The notes beneath the pieces were generated by a model. It ran no database searches, was not told where the DNA came from, and was given only the letters and a program-made list of their open reading frames with translations. Below are positions 58,608 through 64,000 of a stretch of DNA of 64,000 nt, one piece after another; the first letter of the stretch is position 1, and every line of letters starts with the position of its first letter. The DNA is from an uncultured Algimonas sp. Its GTDB lineage: Bacteria > Pseudomonadota > Alphaproteobacteria > Caulobacterales > Maricaulaceae. A program made the position numbers and the translations under genes. The DNA is taken from the NCBI GenBank assembly GCA_964565335.1, contig CAZMEN010000001.1, positions 43,398-107,397 on the forward strand. The letters are read 5' to 3'.

Positions 58608-60538
58608 GCCATGCGCCCGAACTTGGCGTTTGTTATTATCCTGAGCATTGGCCCGAAGCCCGTTGGGGAACAGATGCCAAATTAATGGTAGAAGCCGGAA
58701 TTCGGTGGGTTCGCATTGGCGAGTTTGCTTGGAGCCGAATTGAGCCTGAACAAGGGCGTTTTGAATGGGACTGGCTGGATAGGGCCATAAAGACACTCGG
58801 CGGGGCAGGCTTAAGAATCGTCTTGGGTACGCCGAGTGCGACGCCGCCGCGTTGGATGGTATCGCGCTTCCCTGACATGCTCGCAGTCACAAGAGAGGGA
58901 CATCCCCGAAAGTTTGGCTCTCGGCGTCATTATAGTTTTTCTCATATGGGCTATAGACAGGCAGCGGCAGACATGGCCTGCCTCTTATCCGAACGTTTCA
59001 GCAAGAACCCTCATATTCAGGCATGGCAGGTGGATAATGAATATGGTTGCCATGACACTACACTCTCCTATGACCCCTGCTCTTTGTCATCTTTTAGGCA
59101 TTGGCTCAAAAACAAATACGATACTGTTCAATTCTTGAACCAAGCTTGGGGGAATGTCTTCTGGTCGATGGAGTATCCAGACTTTGAAGCGATTGATCTT
59201 CCAAACCTGACGGTGACGGAACCCAATCCCGCGCATGAATTAGATTTTCGAAGGTTCGCCTCTGATGAAGTCGTGGCTTGGAACCGTGAACAAGGAAACG
59301 CCATCCGAAAACATTCAAACCTTCCCATAATTCATAATTATATGGGGCGGGTTTTGGACTTTGATCATTTCGCGGTCGGTAAAGATCTCGAAATCGCCAG
59401 TTGGGATAGTTACCCGCTTGGATTTTTGGAAGACCGCTCTGATCAAAGCGAAGCTTTCAAATCAAAATTTTCCCAACAGGGGGATCCAGATTTTCAAGCC
59501 TTTCACCATGACCTTTATCGGGCCGTCGGCAATGGCCGTTGGTGGGTCATGGAACAACAGCCCGGGCCTGTGAATTGGGCCCCTTTTAATCCCGCGCCAT
59601 TGCCTGGCATGGTCAAACTGTGGACGTGGGAAGCCATTGCACATGGCGCCGAAGTGGTTAGTTATTTTCGCTGGCGACAAGCGCCATTTGCGCAAGAGCA
59701 GCTCCATGCAGGGCTTTTATCGACCGACGGCAGGGCCATGCCTGTTATGGATGAGATTAAATCCGTCGCAAAAGATTTGGCTAGACTTGGGGGTGTTGCG
59801 ATGAAGGCCGACATTGCAATCGTGTTTGATTATGCCTCTCAATGGGCATGGGAGATACAGCCCCAAGGGCAGAGCTTTGATTATTTTCGTTTGGTTTTCG
59901 ATCTCTACTCTCAGTTACGCCGCCGTGGATATGCGGTAGATATTCTGCCCTCTGATACCGATGACTTTAATGGTTATTCTCATGTGTTCGTCCCCGGCCT
60001 CTTCGCTTGGTCAGATACGCTTTTCGAAGCGATTGAGACATTCCAGGGGCGCGTTGTCTTAGGCCCCAGAAGTGGGTCAAAAACATCTGATTTCTCTATC
60101 CCTAAAAACGTCCCGCCTGACATTCCCAGTATGGATATTAAAATTCGCGCCGTCGAAAGTCTGCGAGACGGCGCATCCGTAAATTTGGAAAAAAGCGGCA
60201 GAGCTATTCATTGGCGAGAATTTGCTGAGACGTCAGAAGAGGTAATTTTAAACTATGCTGACTCGTACCCGGCTCTTATTCGAAAGGATAATTTATTCTA
60301 CGTCACAGGGTGGTGGGATGAAGGCGCCTATCAGGCTGTTTTTGAAAAGTTAGGCCTGACTCAAACACGCCTCCCCAATGGATTGCGATATAAGGATTTT
60401 GGTTCCTATAGACTTTTTATGAATTACGGCACGCAAGATGAGACCTTCACATTAGATGCGGAAGCATTTGAAATCGAGGCCGCCGCCATTCGCCTCTTTA
60501 AACGAGACGAAGAGGGTTACACTTTGGAATCAATGTGA
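58604..60538 (+). CDS. GH42 beta-galactosidase
   Basis: GVCYYPEHW, RIGEFAWS, DNEYG (acid/base Glu) and WVMEQQPGPVNWA (nucleophile Glu). Confidence 0.92.
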   Translation: MSHAPELGVCYYPEHWPEARWGTDAKLMVEAGIRWVRIGEFAWSRIEPEQGRFEWDWLDRAIKTLGGAGLRIVLGTPSATPPRWMVSRFPDMLAVTREGHPRKFGSRRHYSFSHMGYRQAAADMACLLSERFSKNPHIQAWQVDNEYGCHDTTLSYDPCSLSSFRHWLKNKYDTVQFLNQAWGNVFWSMEYPDFEAIDLPNLTVTEPNPAHELDFRRFASDEVVAWNREQGNAIRKHSNLPIIHNYMGRVLDFDHFAVGKDLEIASWDSYPLGFLEDRSDQSEAFKSKFSQQGDPDFQAFHHDLYRAVGNGRWWVMEQQPGPVNWAPFNPAPLPGMVKLWTWEAIAHGAEVVSYFRWRQAPFAQEQLHAGLLSTDGRAMPVMDEIKSVAKDLARLGGVAMKADIAIVFDYASQWAWEIQPQGQSFDYFRLVFDLYSQLRRRGYAVDILPSDTDDFNGYSHVFVPGLFAWSDTLFEAIETFQGRVVLGPRSGSKTSDFSIPKNVPPDIPSMDIKIRAVESLRDGASVNLEKSGRAIHWREFAETSEEVILNYADSYPALIRKDNLFYVTGWWDEGAYQAVFEKLGLTQTRLPNGLRYKDFGSYRLFMNYGTQDETFTLDAEAFEIEAAAIRLFKRDEEGYTLESM

Positions 60539-60740
60539 AGTGTTTAAGGAAAGATAACGAGCAACTCAGATTTGGGGTTTAGGATGTGGAAAACTGAGTT
60601 GCTCGAAATTGAGAAGCTATGTCCGATGGATGGTTCAGCCTCAATATGGAGTATTATTTAAATAACACTACAATGGTGTATAATGATGAAAAGCTTACCA
60701 ACTCCTTAACGAATACGTAAAACTATTTGTTATTTCCAAT

Positions 60741-60825
60741 AAAAAAAGCGCGTCTTGTCAGGGGATAACAAAACGCGCTCAGGGACACAAAATCCGGCTT
60801 GGAGGTACCGGAGTGATGTGGAAAG
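60741..60825 (-). ncRNA. Candidate 3'-UTR-derived sRNA ending in an intrinsic terminator
   Basis: Hairpin TCCGGT-ACCTCCAA-GCCGGA, single-stranded TGTCCCTG, then GCGCGTTTTGT-TATCCCCTG-ACAAGACGCGC-T7. The terminator is well supported; independent sRNA status is inference. Confidence 0.5.
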
Positions 60826-61140
60826 CTAGCTATATTGGCGAAGTTGCGCTGTAGGGCGAAGAGACTGTGTCTTTTGCGGCGCTGTGTCGTTTATCAACTC
60901 TTTATAAAAGTAATTGGGCGTCACAGAAAACAAGACAGATAACTCCCACAAACGGCCGACACTGATACGGTTTTTACCGCGCTCATATTTTTGAATTTGT
61001 TGAAAACTTACTCCCAAAAGATCAGCTACGTCTTTCTGGCTGTAATCATGCTCGCGGCGTAATTTTGTTAGTTTTTCTCCGACAAAAATATCGACGTGAT
61101 TTGGGGAACGTGGTGTTGAGTTCGTTAGCATGATTAGCAT
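60826..61140 (-). CDS. XRE-family HTH transcriptional regulator
   Basis: PNHVDIFVG...SQKDVADLLGVSFQQIQKYERGKNRIS motif typical of alphaproteobacterial XRE proteins. Confidence 0.9.
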   Translation of the reverse strand: MLIMLTNSTPRSPNHVDIFVGEKLTKLRREHDYSQKDVADLLGVSFQQIQKYERGKNRISVGRLWELSVLFSVTPNYFYKELINDTAPQKTQSLRPTAQLRQYS

Positions 61141-61508
61141 CCTTCCAAGAATTTAGAGACTGACAGAACAATTTGATCGCCGGCGCTGAGACTTTTCGTC
61201 TTTTGATCACCGACCACTTCGTTTCGCCAAAGTGTCAGAATTGCTTTCACATCATCCATGGAATGAATTTTCATTTTCATGGCATCGTTTAAGAGGCGCG
61301 CATGTTGATCAAATAATTCGCGCTCTCGGGCAATCAAGCTGTCAACATTATCGACAGAATCCGGCACTTCATCTGCTATCTCATTTAGTTGATCACAGAC
61401 GTGCTGGTATTTATCTATAATTTTAGTCAATGACTGAGAATATACGATGCTGGGCTTATAGCCTGCCCTCTCCGCTCTTACTGCCGTTTCGGTATTCATA
61501 TCTAACAT
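61134..61508 (-). CDS. Hypothetical helical protein
   Basis: ATG 61508 follows a purine-rich SD; the stop abuts the XRE start. Confidence 0.65.
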   Translation of the reverse strand: MLDMNTETAVRAERAGYKPSIVYSQSLTKIIDKYQHVCDQLNEIADEVPDSVDNVDSLIARERELFDQHARLLNDAMKMKIHSMDDVKAILTLWRNEVVGDQKTKSLSAGDQIVLSVSKFLEGC

Positions 61509-61613
61509 GGTTCTGCCCTTCTTTCCCTTATTATGCATTTTGTATGGCACAGCGAGAAATTAACCATAATGGCTTAGATGCCCCCCTAAATCTAAGGGGG
61601 TCATATTCTAGGG

Positions 61614-61629
61614 GTTAATAAAAGCTAAA
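61614..61629 (-). promoter_or_regulatory. Putative CtrA box
   Basis: TTTA-GCTTTTA-TTAAC upstream of the hypothetical-XRE pair; further TTAA half-sites lie nearby. Confidence 0.45.
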
Positions 61630-61770
61630 CAGATATACCCCGTTAATACATACCGGCTAAGGTAGGTGTATTGACAGCTAGATGATTTTATGGGTGAGGC
61701 GTAAACAACTGATTCGTTTGCCGTTTTGAGGCTAATTACGATGTTATTTCTTGGGTGCCCTATACACGCA

Positions 61771-62196
61771 TTAAGATATGTTTTGCAACCATATTTTTTG
61801 AGTATTTTCAGCAGAGGCTTTCATGTGCCTTTTCGCAGCCTCTGCGCGGAACAATCTAATTTGCTTTTCAAAAAAGGATTCTTTGACAATTAGGCTCTTT
61901 AATTCTTGTCTAATCTGGCTTTGCGTCACGGCCAAAGCCTCTTTGGCCTTGCGTATGTCGAGCATCTTCTTTTCTTGCATCAAACGCCAATGTTCAAATC
62001 GAGTAAATTTGAGAGCATCAATCGCGCTGGAAGTATCATCAAACAGTTTTTTTTCGGCCTCATCAATTTGGCGCTGGGTGGCTTCCAGCTTCAGGTCCAA
62101 TGCGGAAATCTCCGCCACCGACTTAGCAAAGCGCTGCTCTGTGTGCCTCTTATGCATTTGCACAATATTCAGCAGGGTCAGTTTCTTTTTTAGCAT
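61771..62196 (-). CDS. FliJ-like coiled-coil flagellar protein (tentative)
   Basis: 141 aa, all-helical heptad pattern, directly downstream of flhB. Confidence 0.45.
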   Translation of the reverse strand: MLKKKLTLLNIVQMHKRHTEQRFAKSVAEISALDLKLEATQRQIDEAEKKLFDDTSSAIDALKFTRFEHWRLMQEKKMLDIRKAKEALAVTQSQIRQELKSLIVKESFFEKQIRLFRAEAAKRHMKASAENTQKIWLQNIS

Positions 62197-62206
62197 TTAA
62201 TAGCCT

Positions 62207-63301
62207 CTAATACTCAGACGGTTTTAAACTATCGGCAAAATGAATCGACGCCGCTACAGCCGCGTAATGTTCCGGCTTAATCGGCTCTCCAATCTCAACA
62301 CCGGCATAAACTGAACGCGCACAAGGCGGATCAGAATAAATCGGAATATCATGCATTTTGGCCCGCTGACGGATTTGAAATGCTATCTCATCAACGCCCT
62401 TAGCCAACAAGACGGGGACAGATTTTTGGCCGCGATCCCACTTAATCGCCACAGCATAATGAGTCGGGTTAACGATGACGACATCAGCGGCTAAAACATC
62501 GTTCAACATACTGGACCGCGAGAGAGCGATAGCCCGCGAACGGCGTTGGCTTTTCATATGAGGGTCACCCTCACTATCCTTGTTCTCATCTTTAATCTCT
62601 TTCATCGTCATACGCAGCTTTTTCAAATGAGAAAATTGCATATACGGCAAGTCAATGAGCGTGATGAGCGCCACAGCGACAACCATATAGAAAATAAGCT
62701 GCATCGCGATCTTATGCATTTCCGGCACGATTAAATTGGTCGGAATGGCGCTCTCGCCCGGAAGGACGATGATTAAGTTATAGAAGAAAACGCCGCCAAT
62801 TACGGCAATGAAGCAAAGCTTGAAAAATCGTTTCCCAAACTCGAACATACCTCTGGGCCCGTATTTTTCCTTTGCATTGGAAATAGGCGAAAGACGGGAT
62901 AATTTCGGTTTCAATTTGGACGGCGCAAAAACTATCGATCGCTGCAAAACCAGTGAAGACAGAACGGCGAGTATCAATAAGAGAAACAAAGGCGCGAACG
63001 CCGCTATCGGCGACCAGAGCAAATCAGACGCATCATTCCCGCCCGGACGTGATTTCTCCCCGAGTAATAGATTGGCTCCGATATCTTCTGGGTGCTCCAA
63101 CATGCCGGACAAAGATAAGAGCGTATCAAAGGCTACCGCTTTTCCGAAAACTAAAATCGCAACGAGCAAACCAACATAAAGAAAAAGCGTGTTAGCTTCC
63201 ATTGATTGGGGCGTATCGCCCTTCTCTCTAGACTTTTTGATTTTTGTTTCCGAAGCATCAAAGGCCTTTTCTTCGGAGCCGGATTCTTCATTATCACTCA
63301 A
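62207..63301 (-). CDS. flhB: Flagellar export protein FlhB
   Basis: SRLSPISNAKEK, LKKLRMTMKEIKDENKDSEGDPH and the VNPTHYAV autocleavage motif. Confidence 0.95.
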   Translation of the reverse strand: MSDNEESGSEEKAFDASETKIKKSREKGDTPQSMEANTLFLYVGLLVAILVFGKAVAFDTLLSLSGMLEHPEDIGANLLLGEKSRPGGNDASDLLWSPIAAFAPLFLLLILAVLSSLVLQRSIVFAPSKLKPKLSRLSPISNAKEKYGPRGMFEFGKRFFKLCFIAVIGGVFFYNLIIVLPGESAIPTNLIVPEMHKIAMQLIFYMVVAVALITLIDLPYMQFSHLKKLRMTMKEIKDENKDSEGDPHMKSQRRSRAIALSRSSMLNDVLAADVVIVNPTHYAVAIKWDRGQKSVPVLLAKGVDEIAFQIRQRAKMHDIPIYSDPPCARSVYAGVEIGEPIKPEHYAAVAASIHFADSLKPSEY

Positions 63302-63313
63302 TGAAACCTCCCC

Positions 63314-64000
63314 CTAAAACCCGAGAAGAGACGTAGAATGATCGCGCATATGCCCGAGCCATAACGTCATAATCGCGCCGATGGAAAGAGAGAGTAAGAC
63401 CATACCAATCCCAATCATCGCAGGCATACCGACGAAAGAGACCAAAAGCTGAGGCATGGCGCGGTTCACGAAACCCAACAATAAATTATAAATGAAATTC
63501 AACAGGACAAAGGGAAAGGCCAGTGACAGGCTTATACGAAAAACGTCCACGGCTTTGTGAGTCAAACTATAAGCAAACCCATCCAAATCCGGAGAAGAGC
63601 CGAGAGGGAAAACTTTATAACTATCTTGGAGAATGCGGAACGCTTCGATGTGAAAATCCAACGTCACTAAAAGCGTGACGCCCGCCAACATAAAAGCCGT
63701 ACTCAGCGTTGTATTTGGCTCGGTCGCAATGCCTTCTCCCAAAGGCTGAGAGATAGACATGGATTGTGACACGATATTGCCGACGACTTGCAGAATAAAG
63801 ATAAAGAGTCTGAGCATGAGACCGAGAAAAGCCCCGAAAGTGGCTTCTTTCGCGAACACCAAAGTCGCCCCTCCCAAAGTCGACATCTCGGGCAATGGGC
63901 TCGCTAATACGCCTGGGAGCATCAACCACGTCAGCATAAAAGCGGCCAATAAGCGGGAGCGTGTGGAGAGTGTTCTCTCCCCAAATGTCGGTACAATAAT
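63314..64000 (-). CDS. fliR: Flagellar export protein FliR (5' end outside the window)
   Basis: Hydrophobic protein with LAFPFV and LLGFVNRAMPQLLVSFVGMP, upstream of flhB. Confidence 0.9.
   Translation of the reverse strand: MIVPTFGERTLSTRSRLLAAFMLTWLMLPGVLASPLPEMSTLGGATLVFAKEATFGAFLGLMLRLFIFILQVVGNIVSQSMSISQPLGEGIATEPNTTLSTAFMLAGVTLLVTLDFHIEAFRILQDSYKVFPLGSSPDLDGFAYSLTHKAVDVFRISLSLAFPFVLLNFIYNLLLGFVNRAMPQLLVSFVGMPAMIGIGMVLLSLSIGAIMTLWLGHMRDHSTSLLGF

Noticed and set aside
2853-63929. Numerous short ORFs in the track overlapping the called genes (e.g. 3688-4113, 11640-12065, 42430-43011, 47330-47722, 50123-50761, 56583-57146)
   Set aside because: They are antisense or alternative-frame shadows of well-supported genes, without motifs or SD support.

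Overview
Ordinary chromosomal window (about 50% GC by eye) from a dimorphic, Caulobacterales/Maricaulales-like alphaproteobacterium. This placement is an inference from SpmX, the CtrA-like boxes and the sigma54-like promoters. No rRNA, tRNA, CRISPR array, transposase or prophage could be supported. In order, the window holds: M28 peptidase; beta-propeller lipoprotein; hutUHI/hutCG; an orphan HEAT-repeat gene; a radical SAM gene; a gluzincin-TPR protein; an HI0933 flavoprotein; TauE; pxpABC-pabB(C); zntB followed by a DUF4129-DUF4350-MoxR-DUF58-SpoIIM-RDD operon; a WecB/TagA glycosyltransferase; an ATM1-type ABC exporter; two tandem His-rich lipobox beta-barrels; a lipid-catabolism operon; AraC; etfBA; TMEM175; a TonB receptor; a cupin; spmX; mgtE; a partial T2SS cluster (gspC-D-N, prepilin peptidase); amidase; folD; hglS-GH42; an XRE module; and the edge of a flagellar export cluster (FliJ-like, flhB, fliR). 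The least explained signals are five. (1) Four 21-22 bp-phased CTTGTCATT repeats upstream of araC point at no divergent protein gene; instead there is a minus-strand-specific structured RNA candidate (36341-36470). (2) A candidate 3'-derived sRNA with anti-Shine-Dalgarno loops lies behind the XRE gene. (3) The radical SAM gene appears to start at ATC behind a structured leader. (4) The MoxR membrane operon is uncharacterised. (5) The duplicated lipidated beta-barrels have diverged promoters. All calls come from reading motifs by eye; no searches were run.
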